A DNA stretch of 64,000 nucleotides from an uncultured Alphaproteobacteria bacterium (GTDB lineage: Bacteria > Pseudomonadota > Alphaproteobacteria > Acetobacterales > Acetobacteraceae), in NCBI GenBank assembly GCA_963812075.1, contig CAWETN010000011.1, positions 86,953 to 150,952 of the forward strand, read 5' to 3'. Shown in pieces: positions 50,294 to 59,549 of this stretch. The notes under the pieces were generated by a model. The model was not told where the DNA came from. It made no database searches and was given only the letters and a program-made list of their open reading frames with translations. Every line of letters begins with the position of its first letter. Within the stretch, counting starts at the first letter, position 1. The position numbers were made by a program, and so were the translations under genes.

Positions 50294-51088
50294 CTATCCC
50301 TGGCTTCCCACCTGGCCGGCGATCTGATCGGCGACCCGATCCAGGACTTCGTCCGGCAGGGCGGCGACGACGGCAAAGCCCATGCCGCCATCGATCCAGG
50401 TGCAGCCCGACACGGCGCCTTCCGCCATGTCCTCGCGATCCGCCGTCAGACCCGTCGCCATCGGCCGCTCCAGGACGCTCAGCCGATTGCCCTGCGGGTC
50501 GTCGTAGACGAACAGCGCCGCGGCGTTGCCCTGCTCGGTCGCGAGCAACCGCCCTCCGAGGAGGTGATACCCGAGCGTGCTCAGGTCGGGCGGGGTGACC
50601 GGCCTGTGCAGCCAATTCGACAACCACTGCGACAGGTGGTCCCGGTCGTCGGCTGCCACTTCGATCGGGTGGTGTCGGTCAGTGGCATAGACCACGTGGC
50701 TCCCCATGGCCTGCTGCTGCAGCAGCGACACGGCCAGCGCCACGGAGTCCGACTTCTGCGAGGCTCCGAACAGCCAGCCAGCGCTGCCGCCGAGACCGAG
50801 ACACAGGACCATGGCAGCGGCCGCCCGCCACCAGATGGGACGCCGCTCGAGGCGTTCTTCCAGCAACCGGTTCAGATTGAGGCGCGGCGGTACCGGTTCC
50901 GCTGCGACGGCGGCGAACGCCGCGCGCAGGCCGTTCCGCTGGGCGCGATAGGCCGCTGCCCGGCGTGCCATCACGGGGTGCGACGCGAAGTACTCCTCCA
51001 CCCCCCGCCGCTGATCCGCGCAGAGCCGGTCATCGACGTAGGCTTGCAGTTCCTCATCGTCCGGGATCGACCGATCCACCAATTCCAT
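50294..51088 (-). CDS. anti-sigma factor (single-pass membrane, ECF-associated type)
   Basis: 264 aa. The N-terminal anti-sigma domain is LQAYVDDRLCADQRRGVEEYFASHPVMARRAAAY. The TM segment is IWWRAAAAMVLCLGLGGSAGWLF, followed by a periplasmic C-terminal domain. No sigma factor gene is adjacent. Confidence 0.75.
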   Translation of the reverse strand: MELVDRSIPDDEELQAYVDDRLCADQRRGVEEYFASHPVMARRAAAYRAQRNGLRAAFAAVAAEPVPPRLNLNRLLEERLERRPIWWRAAAAMVLCLGLGGSAGWLFGASQKSDSVALAVSLLQQQAMGSHVVYATDRHHPIEVAADDRDHLSQWLSNWLHRPVTPPDLSTLGYHLLGGRLLATEQGNAAALFVYDDPQGNRLSVLERPMATGLTADREDMAEGAVSGCTWIDGGMGFAVVAALPDEVLDRVADQIAGQVGSQG

Positions 51089-51136
51089 GATGTCCTCCGC
51101 AGCCCGGTGTGCACGCCGGGCCGCTCACGCGAGAAA

Positions 51137-51163
51137 GACACTCTAGCGAAGGCAAATATTCCC
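51137..51163 (-). promoter_or_regulatory. ECF-type promoter-like sequence GGAAT-N16-GTGTC
   Basis: The minus strand reads GGGAATATTTGCCTTCGCTAGAGTGTCTTTC, about 50 nt upstream of the anti-sigma start. It resembles the GGAAC/GTC class of ECF promoters. This is motif resemblance only. Confidence 0.2.
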
Positions 51164-51275
51164 GGCGACAGAAACCTTTCGCAAGCGATGGAATTTGCCT
51201 TCTGGGCCTGGATGCTGTCTCCAAGCCCACCGACCGCAACGTGTTGGGAGAAGTCGGCTGCAACCCTGGGGTGGT

Positions 51276-52103
51276 TCACCCGTGACCAGCTGCATCCGGG
51301 TCCGCGATGAAGGGGTAGGGGCCCGGGTAATCGTCAACATAGACGGTATGCGACACGAAGCCACCCGCCGGCGACCACAGATGCAGCTGGAAGGCCGGCG
51401 GTTCGAAGACGAACGCGCCCTGATCGGTCGGGTAGAGCGACATCTCGACCTGATGCGCCACCGAAGGTGCTATGGAGGCCACGGCGTGGGCGACCTGCGC
51501 GACCACCGGGCGGTGGTGGTGGCCGCAGACGATCCTCCCGACCTGCTTATGGCGGGCGATGAGCGCGGCGAAGGCCGCAGTATCACGCAGGGCTATGTTG
51601 TCCATGTGGGGCATCCCGCAGGCGAACGGCGGGTGATGCATGGCGACGAGGGTGGGCTTGTTCGCCTTGGCGGTCAGCGCGCGGCCGAGGAATTCGAGCT
51701 GGCCGGGACCCAGTTCGCCATGGGTTTCGCCGGAAACCAGCGTATCCAGCATGACCAGGCGGACGGGGTATTCGTCCACCACGTATTGTACGAACCGCGG
51801 ATCGGCCGCGACCCCCGGAAGGTGCTTCAGCGACTCCCGGAGCTTCTCGCGCCGGTCGTGGTTGCCGGGAATGACCAGCACGGGGAGCGGCTCCAGAATC
51901 CGCAGCAGCCGCTTCAGGTTGGCGTACTCCGCGTCGAGGCCGCTGTCGGTGAGGTCGCCGGTGATCAGGACCACGTCGGGCCGCGGGGACAGTCTGGCCA
52001 CCGCCCGGAACGCCCGCTCCGTGAACATGTTGGTTTCGACAACGCGGTTGGCGGGCTGTCCCACCGGCCTTACGTGCAGGTCGGTGAGTTGGCAGATCAA
52101 CAT
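51276..52103 (-). CDS. metallophosphoesterase (CpdA/GpdQ-like phosphodiesterase)
   Basis: 275 aa. QLTDLH, ITGDLTD, PGNHD, MHHPP and CGHHH form the full calcineurin-like metal-ligand set. Confidence 0.85.
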   Translation of the reverse strand: MLICQLTDLHVRPVGQPANRVVETNMFTERAFRAVARLSPRPDVVLITGDLTDSGLDAEYANLKRLLRILEPLPVLVIPGNHDRREKLRESLKHLPGVAADPRFVQYVVDEYPVRLVMLDTLVSGETHGELGPGQLEFLGRALTAKANKPTLVAMHHPPFACGMPHMDNIALRDTAAFAALIARHKQVGRIVCGHHHRPVVAQVAHAVASIAPSVAHQVEMSLYPTDQGAFVFEPPAFQLHLWSPAGGFVSHTVYVDDYPGPYPFIADPDAAGHG

Positions 52104-52258
52104 TGGAACGCTCCTCGGGACTAGTGACGCTCATACTCGCATTTTCAACCCAGTTTGTTCCACTGTCGATTGAATGCCCAGATGGACAGCGATGCCCTGC
52201 TCTGGCGCTCCGGCACATCTCCTCATAGAGAGACGGCAGGAAACGCGGGAGCCCCCCA

Positions 52259-53239
52259 ATGCCGCGCCAGCTCAGGGTCGCTGTTCAGATGGACCCGATC
52301 GAATCGATCAACATCGATGCCGACTCCACCTTTGCCCTGATGCTCGAGGCGCAGCGACGTGGACACGCACTGTGGCATTATGAGGTCCGCCATATGGCGC
52401 TGCGCGAGGGCGTCAGGCGCCAGGGCGAACGCCGGGAGGAGCGCCTGACGGCCCGTGCCCGCCCGGTGACGGTCGAACGCAAGCGGGGCGCCCACTATCA
52501 GTTCGGCGAAACGGCGCAACTGGACCTGGGCAGCATGGACGTCGTCCTGATGCGACAGGACCCGCCGTTCGACATGGCCTATATCACCGCCACCCACCTC
52601 CTGGAGCACATCCACCCCAGGACCCTGGTGGTGAACGACCCCGCTGCGGTGCGAAACGCGCCCGAGAAGCTGCTGGTGACCCATTTCCCCGAGTTGATGC
52701 CGCCCACCATGATCACCTGGGACCTGGAGGCGATCCGCTCATTCCGCCTGGAGCACGGGGACATCATCGTCAAGCCGCTGTTCGGCAACGGCGGTGCCGG
52801 CGTGTTCCGCATCAAGCCGGACGACGAGAACCTGGCGGCGCTGCTCGAGATGCACTTCGCCCGCTCGCGCGAGCCGCTGATGTTCCAGCGCTACGAGCCG
52901 GCGGTGCGGCAGGGCGACAAGCGCATCATCCTGGTCGATGGCGAGCCGGTCGGGGTGGTGAACCGCGTGCCGGCGGCCGGCGAGGCGCGCTCCAACATGC
53001 ATGTCGGCGGCCGGCCGGAGAAGTGCACGCTCTCCGCCCGTGACCGCGAGATCTGCGCCGCGATCGGTCCCACGCTGCGCGAGCAGGGCATGATCTTCGT
53101 CGGCATCGACGTGATCGGCGACTGGCTGACCGAGATCAACGTGACCTCGCCAACCGGCATCCAGGAGATCGACCGGTTCGACGGCATCAGCATCGAGGCG
53201 ATGATCTGGGACCGGATCGAGGCGCGGCGCGGCTTGTAG
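52259..53239 (+). CDS. gshB: glutathione synthase
   Basis: 326 aa. [52 protein letters not shown] and [20 protein letters not shown] (ATP-grasp) are present. Confidence 0.9.
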   Translation: MPRQLRVAVQMDPIESINIDADSTFALMLEAQRRGHALWHYEVRHMALREGVRRQGERREERLTARARPVTVERKRGAHYQFGETAQLDLGSMDVVLMRQDPPFDMAYITATHLLEHIHPRTLVVNDPAAVRNAPEKLLVTHFPELMPPTMITWDLEAIRSFRLEHGDIIVKPLFGNGGAGVFRIKPDDENLAALLEMHFARSREPLMFQRYEPAVRQGDKRIILVDGEPVGVVNRVPAAGEARSNMHVGGRPEKCTLSARDREICAAIGPTLREQGMIFVGIDVIGDWLTEINVTSPTGIQEIDRFDGISIEAMIWDRIEARRGL

Positions 53240-53250
53240 GGGCGGTTCGC

Positions 53251-54277
53251 ATGTTCGAGACCACGATCGCCGGCAGCCTGCCCAAGCCCGAGTGGCTGGC
53301 CGAGCCGAACATGCTGTGGCCGCCGTGGAAGCTGTCCGGCGCAGGCGCTGGCTGAGGCCAAGCGCGACGCGACGCTGCTGGCGATCAAGCAGCAGGAGGA
53401 CGCCGGGATCGACATCGTCAGCGACGGCGAGCAGTCGCGCCAGCACTTCGTGCACGGCTTCCTGGAGAACGTCGAGGGCATCGACTTCGGCCGGCGCGTC
53501 GAGATCGGCATCCGCAACGACCGCTACAAGGCGATGGTGCCGACGGTCACCGGCCCACTCCGCCTGCGGGGACGGGTGCACGCGACCGAGGCAAGGCTGG
53601 CACGTGCGCACACCGCGCGGAAATTGAAATTCACCCTGCCGGGACCGATGACGATCGTCGATACGCATCGCCGACGCGCACTACGGCGACCGCACCGCGC
53701 TGGCGATGGCGTTCGCCGCGCTGCTGAACCAGGAGGCGAGGGCGCTCGCCGCCGACGGCGTGGACGTGATCCAGTTCGACGAGCCGGCGTTCAATGTCTA
53801 CATGGACGCCGTCGGCGGAATGGGGCGTGGCGGCGCTGGAGCGTGCGGCCGAGGGGCTCGCGTGCAAGACCGCGGTGCACATCTGCTACGGCTACGGCAT
53901 CCAGGCGAACATCGACTGGAAGGGCACGCTCGGCGCCGAGTGGCGGCAGTACGAGGCGATTTTCCCGGCGCTGGCGGCAAGCGGTATCGACCAGGTCTCG
54001 CTCGAGTGCGGCAACTCGCGCGTGCCGTCGGCGCTGATGCGGCTGCTCGCCGGCAAGGACGTGCTGGTCGGCGTGATCGACGTGGCGACCGATCGGGTGG
54101 AGACGCCGGAGGAGGTCGCCGACGACCATCGCCGAGGCGCTGTCCTTCGTGCCGCCCGAGCGGCTGTTCCCCTGCACCAATTGCGGCATGGCGCCGATGC
54201 GCCGCGACGTGGCGGAGGCGAAGCTGGCGGCACTCGGCGCGGGGGCCGCCTTGGCGCGGCGGCGGCTTGGGGCGTAG
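53251..54277 (+). pseudogene. cobalamin-independent methionine synthase family protein (short MetE C-terminal-domain type), about 4 frame changes
   Basis: MFETTIAGSLPKPEWLAEPNMLWPPWKLSG / EALAEAKRDATLLAIKQQEDAGIDIVSDGEQSRQHFVHGF...FTLPGPMTIVDT / IADAHYGDRTALAMAFAALLNQEARALAADGVDVIQFDEPAF / AEWGVAALE...VHICYGY...VSLECGNS...VIDVATDRVETPEEVA / TIAEALSFVPPERLFPCTNCGM. Breaks are near 53340, 53666, 53812 and 54122. Confidence 0.75.
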
Positions 54278-54307
54278 GCTTCGCGCAACAGCGCGGCGAG
54301 GCGGACG

Positions 54308-55075
54308 ATGATCCTGACGGCGAACAGCGAGGTGGCGCGGCAGAGGCGGCGCAGGACCGGCAACGGCTGGCTCACCACCTTCATCGGCGAGAACCGCAAT
54401 ACGCTGAAGGAAGGCCAGGCAGCGCCCGAGCCGGGCGTGCTCTACCCGATGGCGTTCCTGGTGGAGAAGGACGCGCACGCGGTGGTCAAGCCGCACTTCC
54501 ACCAGGCCGACCAGTACCAGGTGATCGTGCAGGGCGGCGGCCGGATGGGTACGCACCCCGTCGGCACGGTGGCGGTGCACTACACGGATGCATGGTCGGC
54601 CTACGGGCCGATCGTGGCGGCGGACGAGGGCATCTCCTGGTTCACCCTGCGCAACGCCTGGGATTCCGGCGCGCGCTACATGCCGGCGGCGCGCGACCAG
54701 CTGCGCGCGGCGCGGGCGCAGAACCTCCAGCACCGTGAGGCCACCGCGCCGTCGATGCCGGTCGCCGCACCGACGGAGCTGGCGCGTGCCGACCGCCTGG
54801 CCTGCAACTCAGTCATCGCGCAGACATCGGACGGCATGGCGACGTGGCGCTATCGCCTGCCGCCGGGCGCCAGCCTGAGCGGGCCGGATCCGCGGCAGGG
54901 CGGCGGGCAGTTCTGGATCGTGCTGTCCGGCTCGGCCAGCGCGGGCGGGGCGGCGGATCTGCCGCCGAACTCCTGCCTGTTCGTGGCGCCCGACGATGGC
55001 GCGCTGGCGATGATCGCGGGCGATGGCGGCGCCGAGGCGCTGTGCCTGCAGTTCCCGGTCCTGGCGCGCCACTGA
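54308..55075 (+). CDS. cupin-like hypothetical protein
   Basis: 255 aa. VVKPHFHQADQYQVIVQGGGRMGTHPV has a cupin-motif-like H.H...Q/E context. There is a second beta-rich half. I recognise no specific family. Confidence 0.45.
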   Translation: MILTANSEVARQRRRRTGNGWLTTFIGENRNTLKEGQAAPEPGVLYPMAFLVEKDAHAVVKPHFHQADQYQVIVQGGGRMGTHPVGTVAVHYTDAWSAYGPIVAADEGISWFTLRNAWDSGARYMPAARDQLRAARAQNLQHREATAPSMPVAAPTELARADRLACNSVIAQTSDGMATWRYRLPPGASLSGPDPRQGGGQFWIVLSGSASAGGAADLPPNSCLFVAPDDGALAMIAGDGGAEALCLQFPVLARH

Positions 55076-55126
55076 CGCGGAAGGACCTGCGCGGGGCCGA
55101 TCTGCAGGGATTTGCGTCGCCGCAGG

Positions 55127-56116
55127 CTACAGCCACTGCACCTGGTCGATGCGGGTCGCGCCGGAGGCGATCATCGCCAGCCGGTCGAAGCCGAGTGCGA
55201 TCCCCGCCGACGGCGGCATACCGAAAGCGAGCGCCGCGAGAAAATCCTCGTCGAGCGGCCAGTCAGAGCCGGACAGCGCGTGGCGGCGCGCGCGGTCCGC
55301 CACGAAGCGGGCGCGCTGCTCGTCGGCGTCGGTGAGCTCGACGAACGCGTTGGCCAGCTCGATGCCGCAGACGAACAGCTCGAAGCGCTCGGCGACACGC
55401 GGGTCGGCCGGGTCGCGGCGGGCGAGTGCCGCCTGCGCGGCGGGCCAGTGGGTCAGGAACGTCGGATGCGCCTGCCCCAGACGAGGCTCGATGCGCTCGA
55501 GCAGCAGGCGGAAGAACAGGTCCTCCCAGTTTTCGTTCTCCCGCAGCCGCGCGCCCGCCGCCGCAGCGAGCGCCGGGGCGTCATCGGCGGTGCCGAGTAG
55601 GTCGGCGCCGGCATGACGGGCGAAAGCGTCCGCCACGGTAAGGCATTCGACGCGGGACAGGTCGGTGGTCACCCCGCGACAGGTCACCACCGGCGGCAGA
55701 ACGGCGCGCAGGTAGGCCGCGGCTTCCTCGATCAGTGATGCCATGTCGGCGCCGGGACGATACCATTCGAGCATAGTGAATTCGGCGGCATGCAGATCGC
55801 TGCCCTCGCCGTTGCGCCACACGCGCGCGAGCTGGAAAATCGGTCCGGCGCCGGCCACCAGCAGCCTCTTCATGGCGAATTCCGGGCTCGTATGGAGCCA
55901 CAGCCCCTGCCGCGTTCCGTCCGGGTACTCGCGCTCGGTGCCGAACGCGCGGAGATGAACCTCCTCGCCCGGGGTGGCGACGGCGAATGGCGTTTCAACC
56001 TCCGCGTATCCGCGTCCGGCGAAGAACGCCCGCGTGGCGGCGGCCAGCAGCGTCCGGCGGCGCAGGAAGGGCAGGCGCGCGGCGAGGCTTTCCGGATGCC
56101 AGGGGCGTTGCGGCAT
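55127..56116 (-). CDS. epmA: EF-P lysine aminoacylase (GenX/PoxA, class II aaRS-like)
   Basis: Track ORF 55127..56158 trimmed to MPQRPWHPESLAARLPFLRRR. FFAGRGYAEVETP, LHTSPEFAMKRLL, FQLARVWRNGE, EFTMLEWY, ELANAF and GIALGFDRL are present. Confidence 0.85.
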   Translation of the reverse strand: MPQRPWHPESLAARLPFLRRRTLLAAATRAFFAGRGYAEVETPFAVATPGEEVHLRAFGTEREYPDGTRQGLWLHTSPEFAMKRLLVAGAGPIFQLARVWRNGEGSDLHAAEFTMLEWYRPGADMASLIEEAAAYLRAVLPPVVTCRGVTTDLSRVECLTVADAFARHAGADLLGTADDAPALAAAAGARLRENENWEDLFFRLLLERIEPRLGQAHPTFLTHWPAAQAALARRDPADPRVAERFELFVCGIELANAFVELTDADEQRARFVADRARRHALSGSDWPLDEDFLAALAFGMPPSAGIALGFDRLAMIASGATRIDQVQWL

Positions 56117-56219
56117 TGCGGGAATGTTACCCGAGGACCGCCACGCTGCCACATTCACGCCACGCCGAGACCTTGCTTGGCGCCCTTCTGATCCTGGTCA
56201 AGAACGAAAGGCGCAAATC

Positions 56220-56393
56220 ATGGGCCTGCTTCTGCTGATCCTGGTCATCGTCCTGCTGTTTGGCGGTGGCGGCTACTATGGCTACCGGTCCGGCTACTAC
56301 GGCGGCGCCCGTTTTGGTGGCGGCCTGGGGTTGGTGCTGCTCATCGTGATCCTGCTGCTGCTGTTCGGGGTATTTCCGCACAGCTACTACTAG
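56220..56393 (+). CDS. DUF3309-like small membrane protein
   Basis: 57 aa: MGLLLLILVIVLLFGGGGYYGYRSGYYGGARFGGGLGLVLLIVILLLLFGVFPHSYY. Two TM helices flank a Gly/Tyr-rich loop. Confidence 0.6.
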   Translation: MGLLLLILVIVLLFGGGGYYGYRSGYYGGARFGGGLGLVLLIVILLLLFGVFPHSYY

Positions 56394-56427
56394 CTGACCG
56401 TGGCGGCAGGGTTTATCTCCTGCCGCC

Positions 56428-57451
56428 ATGGCCACCCGGACATTGCGCGACGCCGAAGCGCTGGCGGTAGCCGGACTGGTTCCGCGCGATGCGGTCGCGG
56501 CCGTGGCGCGCACAGAACGGCGCTACGCCGTCGCGGTATCTCCGGCGATGCAGGCGATCATCGAACGGCCCGACGACCCGATCGGCCGGCAGTTCATCCC
56601 GCATGCCGCGGAACTCGTCACTGCGCCGCACGAGCGTGCCGATCCGATCGGGGATGACGCGCTGTCGCCGATCAAGGGCGTCGTTCATCGCTACCGCGAC
56701 CGGGCGTTGCTGAAGCCGCTGCTGATCTGTCCGGTCTACTGCCGCTTCTGCTTTCGCCGCGAACATGTCGGTCCCGACGGTGGTGTGCTGACGGAGACCG
56801 AACTGCAGGCCGCCTATGACTGGTTTGTCGCGCATCCGGCGATCCGCGAGGTCATCCTGACCGGCGGCGATCCGCTCATGCTCTCGCCGCGGCGACTGGC
56901 CGCGATCGTCGGCGCGCTGTCGGCTATCCCGCACATCGAGACGCTCCGTGTCCATACGCGCGTGCCGGTGGCCGATCCTGCACGGCTGAGCGAGAGACTG
57001 GCCGACGCGCTGGATACTGCGAAGTCCATGTGGGTGGTGGTGCACGCCAATCATGCGCGCGAATTGACGCGCGAGGCCTGCGTCGCCATCCGGCGCATCC
57101 TCGCGCGGGGCATTCCCGTGCTCGGACAATCGGTGCTGCTGCGTGGCGTGAACGACAGCGCGGAGGCATTGGAGGCATTGTTTCGCGCCATGCTCGGTGC
57201 CCGGGTCAAGCCGTACCTGTCTGCACCAGCTCGATCCCGCCCCGGGAACGGCGCGCTTTCACGTGCCGATCGAGGAGGGCCGCCGCCTGCTTGCGCAGCT
57301 GCGCGGCCGCGTCACCGGGCTGGCCTGGCCCACCTACGTGCTGGACATACCGGGCGGGCACGGCAAGGTTCCGATCGGTCCGGACTATTTGGAGCCGGAC
57401 GACGGGGTGCGCGACAGCGCAGGCGGGATACATCCGATACCGCGAGGGTAA
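56428..57451 (+). pseudogene. epmB: EF-P beta-lysylation protein, lysine 2,3-aminomutase family (radical SAM); one frame change near 57222-57228
   Basis: CPVYCRFCFRR (radical-SAM), ILTGGDPL and HANHAREL, up to ...ARVKPY / LHQLDPAPGTARFHVPIEEGRRLLAQLRGRVTGLAWPTYVLDIPGGHGKVPI. The pieces lie in track ORFs 56428..57585 and 57197..57451. Confidence 0.85.
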
Positions 57452-57805
57452 CGCGTTCGCCGCATGGCGAATGGAACGGCCTCGACACCCGGTCGTCCGC
57501 GACATTGCATGTCCAAACCTGCAGATTCTCGCGAATTGTGGTGTTTCTGCATGCTGTCGCTCTGGTGAGCGCCTGCGACTTCTGATTTCACGGACCACCG
57601 CGACCCGCTTCGCCGGTTGCACGCAAAGACTGGCTGAACCGGCACGGCTCGGCCGCCCGAGCCACGGACGGTGGCAGCGCGCCATCCGCGCGTATCCCTG
57701 CTGAGCCGTGTGCATTTTGCGTTTTCGCTTCCTGTTGGCCGAGCGGTCAGGTTGAGCCCATCTCAGGCGGTACAAGTTCCACGAAGAGATGCTTTGGCAG
57801 CAGCT

Positions 57806-58291
57806 TCAGGCGCTGACAGTTAAATCGCGGCACAGCATCAGGTTCATCGGCCGCAGGCTCATCACCACTTCGCCGTGCTGGTTCAGCACCTCGACCAGGC
57901 TACGCACGATGCCGCGGTCAGGCTTGCTGCGCGAGCGCCGCGCCTCGGAGACGGTGACGCGCACGCGCAGCGTGTCGCCGGGTCGCACCGGGCGCGCCCA
58001 GCGCAGCTCGTCGATCCCGGGCGACGGCAGGGTGGCGACCTTCGACAGATAGTGTTCGGCGAACAGCCGCATCATCAGTCCGATAGTATGCCAGCCGCTG
58101 GCGATCAGCCCGCCGAAGGGACCCTGCGCGGCAGCCACCGGATCGACGTGCATCGCCTGCGGATCGTAGCGCGAGGCGAACGCCACGATCTCATCGGCGG
58201 TGACCGCGACCTCGCCGAATTCCTCGACCATGCCGACGCGGTAGTCTTCGAAATACCGCGTCGCCGGTGGCACCTTCGCCATGTCGTCCAT
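57806..58291 (-). CDS. MaoC-like dehydratase (hotdog fold)
   Basis: 161 aa. FASRYDPQAMHVDPVAAA, IASGWHT and PVRPGDTLRVRVTV are present. Confidence 0.8.
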   Translation of the reverse strand: MDDMAKVPPATRYFEDYRVGMVEEFGEVAVTADEIVAFASRYDPQAMHVDPVAAAQGPFGGLIASGWHTIGLMMRLFAEHYLSKVATLPSPGIDELRWARPVRPGDTLRVRVTVSEARRSRSKPDRGIVRSLVEVLNQHGEVVMSLRPMNLMLCRDLTVSA

Positions 58292-58379
58292 TCGGTTGCC
58301 CGCTGTTGTGCGTCATGCGATATAGCGCGCCGCAAACGCCGCGGCGAAGGGCGGCGGACGCGCAGGGGGATCACGTTCG

Positions 58380-59549
58380 ATGCATGACATCTCGCGCCGA
58401 GGCCTGCTTGCCGGTGCGGCGGCGCTGACGCTCGGTCGTCCGGCGATCGCCCAAGGCGCGCCGCTGAAGATCGGCCTGATGCTGCCGTTCTCCGGCACCT
58501 TCGCCGCACTGGGCGAGAACATCGCCGCCGCCTTCGAGCTGTGCCTGGCGGAGCATGGCGGCAGGCTGGGCGGTCGCAGCGTGACCCTGGTGCGGCTGGA
58601 CGACGAATCGGACCCGGCCAAGGCGCCGCAGAACGTCAACCGCCTGCTCGAACGCGACCAGGCCGAGGTGCTGATCGGCACCGTGCATTCCGGCGTGGTG
58701 ATGGCGCTGGTGCAGGCGGCGCGCGAGCGCGAGGTGCCGCTGATCATCCCGAACGCCGGCAACGTCGCGGCCACGCGCGAGCTGTGCGCGCCGGCGATCT
58801 TCCGCTCATCGTTCAGCAACTGGCAGCCGGCCTACGGCATGGGCAAGGCGCTGGCGGCGAAGGGCGTGAAGAAGGCGTGCTGGGTCACCTGGGATTATGC
58901 CGCCGGCAAGGAATCCGGCGAGGGTTTCCGCGACGGCCTGCGCTCCGGTGGCGGCGAACTGGTGCAGGTGCTGGCGTTGCCGTTCCCAGAGACCAACTTT
59001 CAGCCGATCCTCGCACAGCTTCCCGGTCTCGGGGTCGAGGCTGTGGGCTCGTTCTTCGCCGGCGGCGGCGCCGTGCAGTTCGTCAAGGACTATGCCGCGG
59101 CAGGGTTGCGCGAGAAGTTGCCGCTGTGCGGCTCGGGATTCCTCACCGAGGGCGTGCTGAAGTCGCAGGGCGCTGCGGCCGACGGCATCCAGACCGCGCT
59201 GCACTACGGCGACGGCCTGGACAACCCGAAGAACGCCGCGTTCCGTGCGGCGTTCAAACAGAAGACCGGGCGCGAGGCCGATGTCTACGCGGTGCAGGGC
59301 TACGACGCGGCGCAGATGATCGCGGTGGGCCTCGACGCGACCAAGGGCGATGCCGCCGCGGTGAAGCCGCTGGCGGCGGCGATCGTCGCGGCGAAGATCG
59401 ACAGCCCGCGCGGCGCGTTCACGCTGTCGCCGTCGCACAACCCGGTGCAGACGATCTACCTGCGCGAGGCGAAGGGCGGCGAGAACCGCGTGATCGGCGT
59501 CGCCGCCGAGGCACTGGCCGATCCGGGCACCGGCTGCAAGATGGCCTGA
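58380..59549 (+). CDS. ABC transporter substrate-binding protein (branched-chain amino acid/LivK-like family)
   Basis: 389 aa. The Tat-like signal is SRRGLLAGAAALTLGRPAIA/QG. IGLMLPFSGTFAALGE and the periplasmic binding protein type I pattern are present. Confidence 0.85.
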   Translation: MHDISRRGLLAGAAALTLGRPAIAQGAPLKIGLMLPFSGTFAALGENIAAAFELCLAEHGGRLGGRSVTLVRLDDESDPAKAPQNVNRLLERDQAEVLIGTVHSGVVMALVQAAREREVPLIIPNAGNVAATRELCAPAIFRSSFSNWQPAYGMGKALAAKGVKKACWVTWDYAAGKESGEGFRDGLRSGGGELVQVLALPFPETNFQPILAQLPGLGVEAVGSFFAGGGAVQFVKDYAAAGLREKLPLCGSGFLTEGVLKSQGAAADGIQTALHYGDGLDNPKNAAFRAAFKQKTGREADVYAVQGYDAAQMIAVGLDATKGDAAAVKPLAAAIVAAKIDSPRGAFTLSPSHNPVQTIYLREAKGGENRVIGVAAEALADPGTGCKMA

